Source of the DNA: Candidatus Bathyarchaeota archaeon
GTDB lineage: Archaea; Thermoproteota; Bathyarchaeia; TCS64
NCBI GenBank assembly: GCA_020354065.1
Contig: CP070640.1
Coordinates: 720,043 to 757,321 of the forward strand
Length of the DNA: 37,279 bases
Direction: 5' to 3'
Position numbers and translations under genes: made by a program. Positions 8,978 through 17,951 of the stretch are shown piece by piece. Positions within the stretch are counted from its first letter, which is position 1; each line of letters begins with the position of its first letter. Below the pieces are notes generated by a model. That model saw only the letters and a program-made list of their open reading frames with translations. It was not told where the DNA came from and made no database searches.

Positions 8978-9760
8978 CTATGGCTCGCCTCTCTCCCAGT
9001 AATGCTGGAAGAGATCCCAACACCACTTGTGGCTCCTCTCTTCCTCAGATGAGAAACCTAGCAGATCAAAGCTCCCGTCCGGCTTCGGGAGGGCGATCAG
9101 GGCTACCTCCCTCTCCGACATCCAGATGACGATATCCATCCTCTCCAGGAACCTCTCCTCCATGAGCCCCGTCGCCTCAGCCCTCAGTATCGCATCCTGG
9201 TCCTCCCTGCTGAGAGCCCCCTTGATGAGGGGGTGGACCTCGTAGTCCTTCGGGGCCATCAGCCTGAGGCTCACCCCTCGGTCGAAGGCCTGCCGGAGGA
9301 TGGGGAAGACGCTCATGGGCATGGGGAAGTTGATGCTCCAGACGTACTCCTCCGCCTCCCGGACAATCCCCTCGATGCGGTATATGGAGACCATCGGATC
9401 GCCCATGTAGTTGCTACCCTGAAGCTCACCGAGCCTGGCGAGGAACTCCTGGGGCAGGCTCTCGTGGCTGTGGGAGGCGAAGTAGTCCCTGTGCCTCGTG
9501 GTGAACATCATCCCTGACATCTGTTTGAGGACGAGTCGTCCATAAGAGGTGAGGTGGAAGAGCCCCTCCTGGTCCCTCGTAGCGAGGCCAACCTCCACCA
9601 GACGGTAGAGGTGCCTGCTGGCCTCCTGGGTGGTCAGGCCCAGGGCATGGGAGAGGCCGGTGACGTTCATCGCCTCCCCATCCAGCCTCATGAGGATCGC
9701 CAGCCTGTCCTCATTGGAGGCCTCGAACAACATCCGGCAAAGGTCTTCCACGCCGTGCAC
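8978..9760 (-). CDS. winged-helix transcriptional regulator with DUF1724-like C-terminal domain (FilR1-like)
   Basis: N-terminal ArsR-like wHTH (RLAILMRLDGEAMNVTGLSHALGLTTQEASRHLYRLVEVGL) plus a ~170-aa C-terminal domain. This architecture is seen in archaeal DUF1724 regulators. Confidence 0.65.
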   Translation of the reverse strand: MHGVEDLCRMLFEASNEDRLAILMRLDGEAMNVTGLSHALGLTTQEASRHLYRLVEVGLATRDQEGLFHLTSYGRLVLKQMSGMMFTTRHRDYFASHSHESLPQEFLARLGELQGSNYMGDPMVSIYRIEGIVREAEEYVWSINFPMPMSVFPILRQAFDRGVSLRLMAPKDYEVHPLIKGALSREDQDAILRAEATGLMEERFLERMDIVIWMSEREVALIALPKPDGSFDLLGFSSEEERSHKWCWDLFQHYWERGEP

Positions 9761-9855
9761 TCGCCAAATTGGATCTTAACTTTCCCTTAAGGATATTGGT
9801 ATTCCCTAATTCTGCTTGAAGAGCCCTTATCTTGCCCGGGCTTCCTGAAGGGAAC

Positions 9856-10641
9856 ATGTCGAGATCCATGAACGATACCTTGAGAACCATCCACAGCCTG
9901 AGGTCGAACCACAAATTCACATCGGAGGAGATCCCGAAGGAAGCCCTGGAGGAGATCTTCAAAGCATGCGTTAAGGCCGCCAACGCCTCGGCGCGGCAGA
10001 GCTACTCCATCGTCGTCGTGGGGGACAGGGGGGTCATGAAGGAGACCCTCGGCTACGAGGGGAGCAGGGCCCTGATCTTCTGCGTGGACTACAACCGGAT
10101 CGTGGACGCCGCCGAGCACATGGGCTACAACTTCACGGTGGATGGTATCAACGCCTTCATTACAGGGAGCACCGACGCTATCCTTGCGGCTCAGACCGCC
10201 GCCATCGCAGCGAAATCCCTGGGCATCGACTCCCTCTTCACCAACAGCTTGCACCGGGGGGACATCGAGAGGATCTACAGGCGCTTCGGGCTCCCCGAGA
10301 GATACTGCTTCCCCCTGATCTCCCTCATCCTAGGCTACTCAGCCGAGACCCCCGAATACTTCAAGGGTCGCCTAGAGGGGAAAGGAGTCATCCATTACGA
10401 CGGGTATCACAGGCTAACGGGCGAGGAGCTGGACTGGCTCGTGAACGAGTACGACGACCCCGAGAAGCGGCTGGGGGTGATCCGGGACTGGGAGGAGAGG
10501 GGTTTCACCCACTACCTTGACTGGTTCTACGCCGTCTGGTCCGTCAGGGATAAGAGGAGCGTCCCGGAGAGGGTGAAGCAGTTCTTCGACCTATTGGAGA
10601 GGGCGGGGTTTCTGGAGGGATTTCCGCTTCAACAACTCTAG
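9856..10641 (+). CDS. nitroreductase family protein (NfsA-like)
   Basis: RSNHKFTSEEIPKEALEEIFKACVKAANASARQSYSIVVV is a typical nitroreductase N-terminus. The ORF opens at TTG 9832. ATG 9856 is preferred given the AT box at about 9786-9800. Confidence 0.85.
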   Translation: MSRSMNDTLRTIHSLRSNHKFTSEEIPKEALEEIFKACVKAANASARQSYSIVVVGDRGVMKETLGYEGSRALIFCVDYNRIVDAAEHMGYNFTVDGINAFITGSTDAILAAQTAAIAAKSLGIDSLFTNSLHRGDIERIYRRFGLPERYCFPLISLILGYSAETPEYFKGRLEGKGVIHYDGYHRLTGEELDWLVNEYDDPEKRLGVIRDWEERGFTHYLDWFYAVWSVRDKRSVPERVKQFFDLLERAGFLEGFPLQQL

Positions 10642-10824
10642 AAATAGATCTCATTCACAATCGACGACACCGAGACTACTGCGATAATGTCGGGGTCGAA
10701 GACTGACAACGCCTTTCGTTGCTTCGTTGATTTTGCCTTAAGGACGCACACATTAAATAGTATTGGGTATACTCAGTAGTAATGTTTATATTCGGTGCCC
10801 TATCACACTAACTCGGAGTGAAAC

Positions 10825-11334
10825 TTGAAGACATTGAAGATCTCGGATGATACCCACAGGCTCCTCACCATGATAAAAGGCGGGCTCATCGCCAGCTCCG
10901 GGGACTCCAATCTCACCTACGACGACGCCATCCACAGACTCATCATGTTCTGGAACGAGAACTCAGGGAGCGCCCAGGCTCTAGAGCCCTATCACTATGC
11001 TCGCTTTAAGTGGTGGAATAGGGTGGATCTGGAGAGAGTGGCCGAGGAACTCGGCGAGGCCTACAAGGTGGAATGGTCGCGCGGCCCGGAGACCGAGGGC
11101 GAGATCGACCTTAGGAAGGGTGAGAAGGACATCCTCAAGGTGAAGGCCGACACCCTCGGCGCCTACCTCGACGTCTACAAGGTGGTGATGTACCAGCGGG
11201 AGGCCTCCCACTTCACCAGGAGGGATGTGGAGCTGAGGGAGAGGCTGTTCGAGCTGTACGACAAGAACAGGCCCACGCCCTTACCCTGGGATTTCCTCAA
11301 GGAGCCCAATTTCGTGGTGCTGGAGCAGGAGTAG
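10825..11334 (+). CDS. hypothetical protein with possible N-terminal ribbon-helix-helix
   Basis: 169-aa ORF with a TTG start. KTLKISDDTHRLLTMIKG resembles an RHH beta-strand plus helix. An AT box (gtttatattc) lies about 35 nt upstream. Confidence 0.55.
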   Translation: MKTLKISDDTHRLLTMIKGGLIASSGDSNLTYDDAIHRLIMFWNENSGSAQALEPYHYARFKWWNRVDLERVAEELGEAYKVEWSRGPETEGEIDLRKGEKDILKVKADTLGAYLDVYKVVMYQREASHFTRRDVELRERLFELYDKNRPTPLPWDFLKEPNFVVLEQE

Positions 11335-11406
11335 CGGCCTGCTTACGCTCGATTTCTCTCAGAGGGATCGAGAACTCGGTGGCCTGACGCCGCCCGCCTC
11401 CCCGCT

Positions 11407-11423
11407 GTTCTAAAGGTTAGAAC
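11407..11423 (+). promoter_or_regulatory. 17-bp palindrome GTTCTAA-AGG-TTAGAAC, with a half-site repeat at 11449-11457
   Basis: Perfect 7-bp inverted arms. GTTCTAAAG recurs 42 bp downstream, next to the ggtataatta box upstream of the SIMPL gene. Confidence 0.35.
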
Positions 11424-11501
11424 ACCCCTCAAACGATATTGAATTCCCGTTCTAAAGAATGGTATAATTACCATCCCCACACCTGTATACCCCGACGTGA
11501 A

Positions 11502-12293
11502 ATGGATACCAAACGGCAGTACATCTCCGTCATCGCGATCTGCGTATCGGTCATATTGGCCGGGATGATAATCGCATACCAGCCCCAACCCGAGGAGGAG
11601 GAGACCTTCAAGTTCCCGTCGGGCATACCCCCCTCGTTGGGGAGCACCGCCACGGTTGGGCTCGGGGAGGAGTTGGTGAACGCCATACTGGTCTCGGGGT
11701 CCGGGAGCGCCTCGGCCCAGGCTACCCAGGCGACACTGACCCTGGGAGTCTGGACCCAGGCCCAGACCGCCTCCGAGGCAGCCGCGGAGAACGCCCAACT
11801 GATGAACGCGGTGATCACAGCCATTGAAGCCCACGGAATCACCGAGGATGATATGAAGACCGTCACCTACAGCATCAGCCCCGAGTACGACTGGGAGGCC
11901 AGGAGCGTCTCCGGCTACAGGGTCGTCAACATGATCCAGGTCGAGCTCGACGACAAAGACCTCGTCGGCGGCGTCCTAGACGCAGCCACGGCGGCGGGAG
12001 CCAACAACGTTCAGGGCATATCCTTCGGCATCTCCGAGGAGGAGGCTAAAGTCCTGGCCCAGGAGGCATACGTCCTAGCCCTGGGAAACGCCCAGGAGAA
12101 GGCCAACCTCATCGCCGAGACCCTCGGCCTAGAGATCACAGGGGTCCTCTCAGTCAGCGAGAGCATCTACCAACCCTACATCCCTCTCAGGGGCTTCGCC
12201 GAAGCCACCATCGACGTCGCCGCTACCACCCCCATCATCGAGGGGGCCCTGAGCGTCTCAGTAAGCGTCCAGGTGGCCTTTAGCTTCCAGTAG
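11502..12293 (+). CDS. SIMPL/DUF541 domain protein with N-terminal TM anchor
   Basis: TM helix (ISVIAICVSVILAGMIIAY), then a SIMPL-like repeat pattern (YSISPEYDW, GYRVVNMIQVEL, ANNVQGISFGISEEE, ALSVSVSVQVAF). ATG 11502 is preceded by ggtataatta. The ORF track opens earlier, at TTG 11439. Confidence 0.75.
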   Translation: MDTKRQYISVIAICVSVILAGMIIAYQPQPEEEETFKFPSGIPPSLGSTATVGLGEELVNAILVSGSGSASAQATQATLTLGVWTQAQTASEAAAENAQLMNAVITAIEAHGITEDDMKTVTYSISPEYDWEARSVSGYRVVNMIQVELDDKDLVGGVLDAATAAGANNVQGISFGISEEEAKVLAQEAYVLALGNAQEKANLIAETLGLEITGVLSVSESIYQPYIPLRGFAEATIDVAATTPIIEGALSVSVSVQVAFSFQ

Positions 12294-12311
12294 ATCGCGA
12301 AAACAACACCC

Positions 12312-12318
12312 TTTTTTT
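12312..12318 (+). terminator. oligo-T tract (T7) downstream of the SIMPL gene
   Basis: ccctttttttc lies 19 nt after the stop. Archaeal termination typically uses T runs. Confidence 0.5.
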
Positions 12319-12502
12319 CATTAAGAATCAACACGCCAGACAAGGCGTATTAGGTTGCACATGGTCATCTTCACCGTGATGGAGGTCACCGAGCCCAGAG
12401 GCTACGTGGACAAGATCAGGTCTTCAGCTGCTGCGACTCGGAACGCCCCACGGTCTTCAAGGTGAAGCGCATACCCGTCGAGCAGGACGGATTCCCACTA
12501 CT

Positions 12503-13723
12503 CTAGGAGCCATTCACGCTTTCCTCGGGCGGCTTCACGTTCCTGAACATGAAATAGAGCGCTAGATCGTAGGCCGCCTTCAGCCCCCCGGCGAAGAGGA
12601 AGGGCAGGGAGGACCCGAGGAACTGCATCATGAACCCGGCGATGCTCGGCCCCAGGGCTGAGGTTAGGCTCCGGGGGAGGTTGATGATCCCCGCCACCCG
12701 GCTCCTCTCCTCGGGCTCCACGATGGCCATCACGTAGGACTGCCTGGTGGGCACGTCCATCTGGGCCAGCAGGGACCGGCCCACGTAGATAGAGGAGGAG
12801 GCCGAGAGGTTCGGCATCCAGGGGATGCTCATCGTCATCAGGTTTGCTGGGAGGTGGCTGTAGACCATCGTGTTGATGAGGCCGATCCGCTCAGAGATCC
12901 AGGCCGCCAGCATGAATGATAGGGCCGCCAGGAAGCTAGAGGAGGCGAATATGAGGCCAATGGCGTCCATGTCAAGGCCGAACCTGTCGAAGAACCAGTA
13001 GGAGACGAGGCTGTGGGTGACGAACCCGCCGCCCAGGGAGTCGACGCTGAAGAGGAGAGAGAGCTTCGTCACGTTCTTCCTGGTCTCCGGTGAGAGGGGC
13101 AGCGCCTCTACCCGGGCCTGCTCTACCTCCGCCGCCTCCGACAGAAGCAAGTACAGGACCACCGCCACCCCGTTGAGCAGAGCGTAGATCCAGAACATCC
13201 ACCTGTAGGAGGCCCCCGGGGCGAGGCCGAAACGGCTCTGGAGAACGACCACGAGGCCCGCGAACAGGGAGCCCGCGGAGACCGCTGCGGAGTTCAGGGT
13301 GCTCCTGATCGCGTACATCCGGGTCCTCCTTTCATCAGGGCAGGACTGGGCCAAGATGACTCTCTCAAGCGTCTGGGCTGGGCCTAAACCTCCCCTGTAG
13401 CCGAGGCTGGAGACCACGGCGACGAGGACGAGTATGATCGGGTTGGTAAGGGTCGCGAACACGACGCCGGAAAAGACTGTGAGCAGCCCGAAGAAGATGA
13501 GCATCCTCCTCCTGCCCATCCGGTCCGCGAGGAACCCGGCGGCGGTGTTGAAGATCGTTGAGGCGAGCAGCCCGGCCGTCAGCACAACGCCGATCTGCCA
13601 GAGGGGGACCCCGATCAGGTTGAGGTAGACGGCGATGAAGATGGAAACGAAGCTGGCGGAGAACGATTGGAGGGGCCTGACCGTCAGGAGCGTCTTCCCG
13701 TCCCTGGACAGCCAGCCCAGCAC
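12503..13723 (-). CDS. MFS transporter
   Basis: About 12 predicted TM helices and the MFS loop motif (FLADRMGRRRML). 406 aa. Confidence 0.8.
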   Translation of the reverse strand: MLGWLSRDGKTLLTVRPLQSFSASFVSIFIAVYLNLIGVPLWQIGVVLTAGLLASTIFNTAAGFLADRMGRRRMLIFFGLLTVFSGVVFATLTNPIILVLVAVVSSLGYRGGLGPAQTLERVILAQSCPDERRTRMYAIRSTLNSAAVSAGSLFAGLVVVLQSRFGLAPGASYRWMFWIYALLNGVAVVLYLLLSEAAEVEQARVEALPLSPETRKNVTKLSLLFSVDSLGGGFVTHSLVSYWFFDRFGLDMDAIGLIFASSSFLAALSFMLAAWISERIGLINTMVYSHLPANLMTMSIPWMPNLSASSSIYVGRSLLAQMDVPTRQSYVMAIVEPEERSRVAGIINLPRSLTSALGPSIAGFMMQFLGSSLPFLFAGGLKAAYDLALYFMFRNVKPPEESVNGS

Positions 13724-13736
13724 GCCTGATCCCCTC

Positions 13737-14621
13737 CTAGGGCCGCACCTCGGGACCGCCCTCGACTCTGGCCCTGTAGCGGGCTATCACCTCAGGCTGA
13801 AGCCGCACGTTCTCCAGGTTCCCAGCCACGAGTGTGGAGTACAGCTCCCCCAGGGATGGATCCAGGTCAGCCAGGCTTTCGAGGCATTCCCTGCCCCGCG
13901 AGGCTGCCTGCTCGCAGTCCGGGGTACAGGGGAAGAAGTAGCCCACATAATACGCCAGGGGATCCATGTTCCCCAGTTGCTCGGCCTCTGCGAGCTGCCT
14001 CGCCGCCCTCTCCTCGACGTTGAATTCCCGCTCCCGGTCCGAGACGTAGGCCTCGACGCAGCAGCCAGGGTATCCCAGCATCTCCCCCATCTCCCTGAGC
14101 CATGAGCCCTCGAACTCCTCAGGGTAGGCCAGTCGGATCCTCTCCATCCCCGGTTTCGCGCTTGCGTAGACCCTGGCCCGTATCTTCTGCCTGGACTTCA
14201 TCAGCCCCTTCAGCCTCCCGCCCACCCTCCCCTCCTTGAACAGGTAGAGCTCCTGAACGGTGGGCCTGACATCGGCGAGCCGGGTCCGGAGCCTCAGATC
14301 CCTCGCCCAGCTCAGGAGGCCTTTGTACTGGTCCGAGGCCCGGACTACCTTGTCGTAGGCGGTCCTCATCTCCTTCTTCAGGGAGGCAATGGCTGCGAGC
14401 TTACGCCTGGGGTCTGTCACCCTCTGGATCTGGATCATCTTGGGGGCCATCCTCCTGTCTATGGTGGAGCCCATCCCCTCCGCGTTTGGGAGGTCGACGG
14501 GAAGGACCGTTTGGGAGCACTGTCTCAGGCCGAGGTGGACGAGCAGCAGGTTCTCGACCTTGACCCGGGTCTTCAGCTTCGGGTCTCCCATGAGCTTCTG
14601 GAGCAACCGCGTCTCGTCCAT
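13737..14621 (-). CDS. Cys-motif protein of unknown function (possibly DUF483-like)
   Basis: 294-aa ORF. The C-terminal half carries LGYPGCCVEAY and FFPCTPDCEQA motifs. Its stop is 13 nt upstream of the MFS gene start. AGGTG lies upstream of the ATG. Confidence 0.6.
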   Translation of the reverse strand: MDETRLLQKLMGDPKLKTRVKVENLLLVHLGLRQCSQTVLPVDLPNAEGMGSTIDRRMAPKMIQIQRVTDPRRKLAAIASLKKEMRTAYDKVVRASDQYKGLLSWARDLRLRTRLADVRPTVQELYLFKEGRVGGRLKGLMKSRQKIRARVYASAKPGMERIRLAYPEEFEGSWLREMGEMLGYPGCCVEAYVSDREREFNVEERAARQLAEAEQLGNMDPLAYYVGYFFPCTPDCEQAASRGRECLESLADLDPSLGELYSTLVAGNLENVRLQPEVIARYRARVEGGPEVRP

Positions 14622-14848
14622 GGCTTACTGCACCTTTACCCTATGGAGCGGTTTCTGTGCCTTAAAGTGTTCGAAGCAAGTCGCCCCCTCTGGTTATTCA
14701 GCAGAAAAGTAGTCGCGTGTTCAGAACGGCTTGAAATGAAGTAGATCCAGTGGACATCGAGTTCCTCGGGTGTGCTTCGCGATAAAAATTTCCTATACTG
14801 AAAACAATAGATGAGAATCAACCCTATTCTATAAGGCATTATTCGATT

Positions 14849-14861
14849 AAAAAATTGAAAA
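14849..14861 (-). terminator. T4/T6 tracts downstream of the 358-aa gene
   Basis: The minus strand reads ccttttcaatttttt, starting 10 nt after the stop at 14871. Confidence 0.5.
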
Positions 14862-14870
14862 GGAGTGAGA

Positions 14871-15947
14871 CTACTCCTCGATTATCTCCACGTTAGCCCT
14901 AGGCACTGTCACGACCCTGCCGTCGTCCAGCTCGACGTCCAGCACCCTTACGTGGGACTCCGACTCGACCTGCTGCAGCTCGATGGGGAGGAAGGTCACC
15001 TTCCCTATGGCTCCGAAGTAGGGCTGCCTGATGATCCTGACCGGTGTCCCCGGGATCATGCCCGAGGCCAACGCTCCGTCCGTGGACCTCTCGAGGCCCT
15101 GCTCGTGGGGTATGATGATCTCCGGCCTGAGGACCCCGGCCCTGATCTGGGTCGCGCCGTTCACCGAGGCCTGGTACCCTTCGAAGCTCTTGAGGAGGTC
15201 GAAGGTCCGCTGCGACATCCTCATCCTGCCGAAGCCCTCGGTGACGATCAGGGTGATGCCTACCTCCTCCTGGCCCGTGATGGCGACCCCGATCTCCTCC
15301 CCTATGAAGGTTGTGAGATCGTCGTGGCGTACACCGCCGACCACTACGCAGGAGACCCCTAGATCCACGCTTTTTTTCAGGGCATCCATCGTGACCATGG
15401 AGCCCCCCACCAAGACGTCCCCTTTGTACTCGGGCTTCACGTGGTCTGCTGTAAGCTCCTCGTCGGAGGAGTCGACGGCTATGTGGATCTTCCCGTGTCT
15501 CTCTTCGCCTATGCCGAAGATCCCCTGGATGAAGGCTGCGTTTGTCTCGATGACGGCCCCCTCTCCAGGGAGCACCTCGACGACTTTGCCCGGTATGTAG
15601 GCATCGACCTCGACAGGTACTGGGCTGCCCCTGATTATGACCTGCCCTGTGACCTCTGAGATCGCTTCTATAATCCCGGTGATAGGGGAGGGAACGCGCT
15701 TCTTCATGAGGCCGAAGAAGGCCGTGTAGTAGGCTATGAGCTCCCCCTCCTCGACCTTGTCCCCGATCTGCTTAAGCAGGTACGGGGGCAATTCATCGGG
15801 CTCCAACCCAATGATCTTTGCAGCCTTTACGATCTCAGGTTCTCCGCTGATCTCTGTCCTGGCCACTGTCGTGTCATAAGCCACGGCGTCACCCACCTTG
15901 ACAAAGACCTCGCCGAAGATCGGCAGCCGCCGGATCTTGTCAACCAC
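14871..15947 (-). CDS. uncharacterised protein with barrel-sandwich (lipoyl-like) segments and KOW-like C-terminus
   Basis: GTG start. GEVFVKVGDAVAYDTTVARTE and GELIAY...SPITGIIEAI resemble split hybrid-barrel motifs. Gly-rich VLVGGSMV...CVVVGGV core. C-terminal GTPVRIIRQPYFGAIGKV. Confidence 0.7.
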   Translation of the reverse strand: MVDKIRRLPIFGEVFVKVGDAVAYDTTVARTEISGEPEIVKAAKIIGLEPDELPPYLLKQIGDKVEEGELIAYYTAFFGLMKKRVPSPITGIIEAISEVTGQVIIRGSPVPVEVDAYIPGKVVEVLPGEGAVIETNAAFIQGIFGIGEERHGKIHIAVDSSDEELTADHVKPEYKGDVLVGGSMVTMDALKKSVDLGVSCVVVGGVRHDDLTTFIGEEIGVAITGQEEVGITLIVTEGFGRMRMSQRTFDLLKSFEGYQASVNGATQIRAGVLRPEIIIPHEQGLERSTDGALASGMIPGTPVRIIRQPYFGAIGKVTFLPIELQQVESESHVRVLDVELDDGRVVTVPRANVEIIEE

Positions 15948-16032
15948 AACCGACCGCTTAACCTTCAGACCCGGAGTGTATGCGTGGGCCTCAGCGGATT
16001 TCTCCTCGCTCTCGTGTGCGTCCTCTCTTATC

Positions 16033-17868
16033 TCACACCAGCTCCTTCAGCTTTTCCTCGGGGTAGAGATCCAAGGCCTCGAACCAGTTCAGGAGCACCT
16101 CCCTACTCTGGCTCGATTCCTCTGGCAGGGGGATCGGCCGCCCCCTGGCGTCTAGAAGCACCCCGGCCACTCCTCCCATGATGGTACGCTCGACGGCATG
16201 CCCCGACCCTTTTCCCAAGTCGAAGCCCCTGGCGGGTGTTATCACCGCCTTGGCGTCATGCCTCTCGGGGAGGGGAAGCAACTTGATCTCCCCGTAGCTG
16301 AGGTCCTCCTCGTAGGTCTCCCCGTCGGGCATCTCCAGCCGCACCTTCATCACATGCTTCCCGGGCTCGGCGGTCCCGGCAGGTGCGATGCAGGTGCCGA
16401 GCCTGACGAGGCAGTCCTTGTCGAAGATGCTCCAGGCCGCATCCTTGTAAACGGTGGACAGGACCCCGAGGTGGGGCATCATGAAAACGCTGTCCTGGAA
16501 CATCCTGGTCACCCCCTCGGGCTGCCAGGCGTCAATGAGGATAAACATGCTCTGGATCCGCCTAGGCGCGTGGCTGAGGAGGCCGCCTGTGCCAGCGATA
16601 ATGTCAATGATCATCATCTTGACATAGGTCTCCTCCACTGCCTGATCGAACATGTCCGCGACGGTTCTCTCCAGCTGGATCCCTTTCAGCCGGGTCGCGA
16701 TGGTTCTGTGGTGCGCCAGGCCTAAGCGGAGAGCCTCACGGGCCACCGAGTGCTCGACGATGAGGTCCTCAAGGGTCTGAGGGATTGTGGTGGGCCGGAT
16801 CATTTTGTTCATCAGCCTGCTGGAGACCTCCTCCTCCTCGAGGTTGAATGGGATCCAGCGCATAATGTTCTCGATGCCGGCCTCCTTCATCACGTTGGTG
16901 ACGCTGTAGCTCATCCCCAGGTTCGCGCTCACGCTCCTGACGAAGCGCCCGTCCACCACCGAGTAAACGTTGGTGGTCGCCCCTCCCAGGCCGACGCCGA
17001 GGACGTTCTCCTTGTAGGTGTCGGCGATGAGCTGCATCGCCATCCCCTCGCCGGCGGGGGTCGGCATGATGTCGACGTCGGTCCACTTCATCAGCTTCGT
17101 GTATCCGGGGGCGTGGCTCATCACGTGCTCCATGAAGAGCTCGTGTACGGCCCTGCGGGCAGGCTCGGTGTTCTCCACCTCCAGAACCGGCCTCAGGTTG
17201 TCCACCATGTCGAGGGCGAAGTCCTTGCTCATCAGATCCTTTATCTGCGGTCTCAGAGCCTTGTTCCCGGCGTATACGATGGGAAGGTCGTAGCCGACGC
17301 CGAGCCGGGGCTTAGGTTCGGAAGCCCTGATGAGCTCTGCGATCTCCATGACGTGGGACGACGCGCCGCCGTCGGTCCCTCCCGCGAGGAGGATCATGTC
17401 TGGCCTGAGGCTCCTGATCCTCTGGATTTTCTGGTAGGCCTGGCGTCCGTCATCCTTGGCGATCACGTCCATTACAATCGCACCTGCACCGAGGGCGGCC
17501 CTGTTGGCGCTCTCCGCGGTCATCGATTTGACGAGGCCAGCCACCATCATCTGGAGGCCGCCGCCCGCGCTGCTGGTGGTACAGTACAGGTCAACGCCTA
17601 CTCTGCCATCGTAGGGGATGACAATGCCACTCCCGTCGAGGGCCAGGATCCTGTGACCAGTGAGCTCCTCGACCTCCCTGACCGCGTTCTGAACCCCCAT
17701 GGTGACGTCCTCATAGGGGGCCTCGACGGTGGTGGGGGCCTCGCCAGCCACCAAGAACCTCCACTCCCCCTCCTTCCTGTGGAAGAACCTTGACTTGGTC
17801 GTGGTGCTCCCGACGTCGGTTGCCAAGATGAACTGCATCTGTTCGGTGGGCTTCCTGAGAGTGGCCAT
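16033..17868 (-). CDS. GlmL/MutL-family ASKHA ATPase (glutamate mutase L-like), long form
   Basis: ILATDVGSTTTK phosphate-1 motif, ILLAGGTDGG, and IIAGTGGLLSHAP. 611 aa. Confidence 0.8.
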   Translation of the reverse strand: MATLRKPTEQMQFILATDVGSTTTKSRFFHRKEGEWRFLVAGEAPTTVEAPYEDVTMGVQNAVREVEELTGHRILALDGSGIVIPYDGRVGVDLYCTTSSAGGGLQMMVAGLVKSMTAESANRAALGAGAIVMDVIAKDDGRQAYQKIQRIRSLRPDMILLAGGTDGGASSHVMEIAELIRASEPKPRLGVGYDLPIVYAGNKALRPQIKDLMSKDFALDMVDNLRPVLEVENTEPARRAVHELFMEHVMSHAPGYTKLMKWTDVDIMPTPAGEGMAMQLIADTYKENVLGVGLGGATTNVYSVVDGRFVRSVSANLGMSYSVTNVMKEAGIENIMRWIPFNLEEEEVSSRLMNKMIRPTTIPQTLEDLIVEHSVAREALRLGLAHHRTIATRLKGIQLERTVADMFDQAVEETYVKMMIIDIIAGTGGLLSHAPRRIQSMFILIDAWQPEGVTRMFQDSVFMMPHLGVLSTVYKDAAWSIFDKDCLVRLGTCIAPAGTAEPGKHVMKVRLEMPDGETYEEDLSYGEIKLLPLPERHDAKAVITPARGFDLGKGSGHAVERTIMGGVAGVLLDARGRPIPLPEESSQSREVLLNWFEALDLYPEEKLKELV

Positions 17869-17951
17869 TTTGATTCGTAAAGGCTTTACAATGCCTCGTC
17901 TTAAGGTTTTCTAGTTTACAAGATAGCAGGGGTAATAGCCAAAAATAAGCC

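Noticed and set aside
10687-10735. GTCGGGG... in the nitroreductase/RHH spacer as the 5' half of a split tRNA matching the remnant's acceptor.
   Set aside because: No D-arm (no GG loop, no stem) follows, and a 7-mer match is expected several times by chance in 37 kb on both strands.
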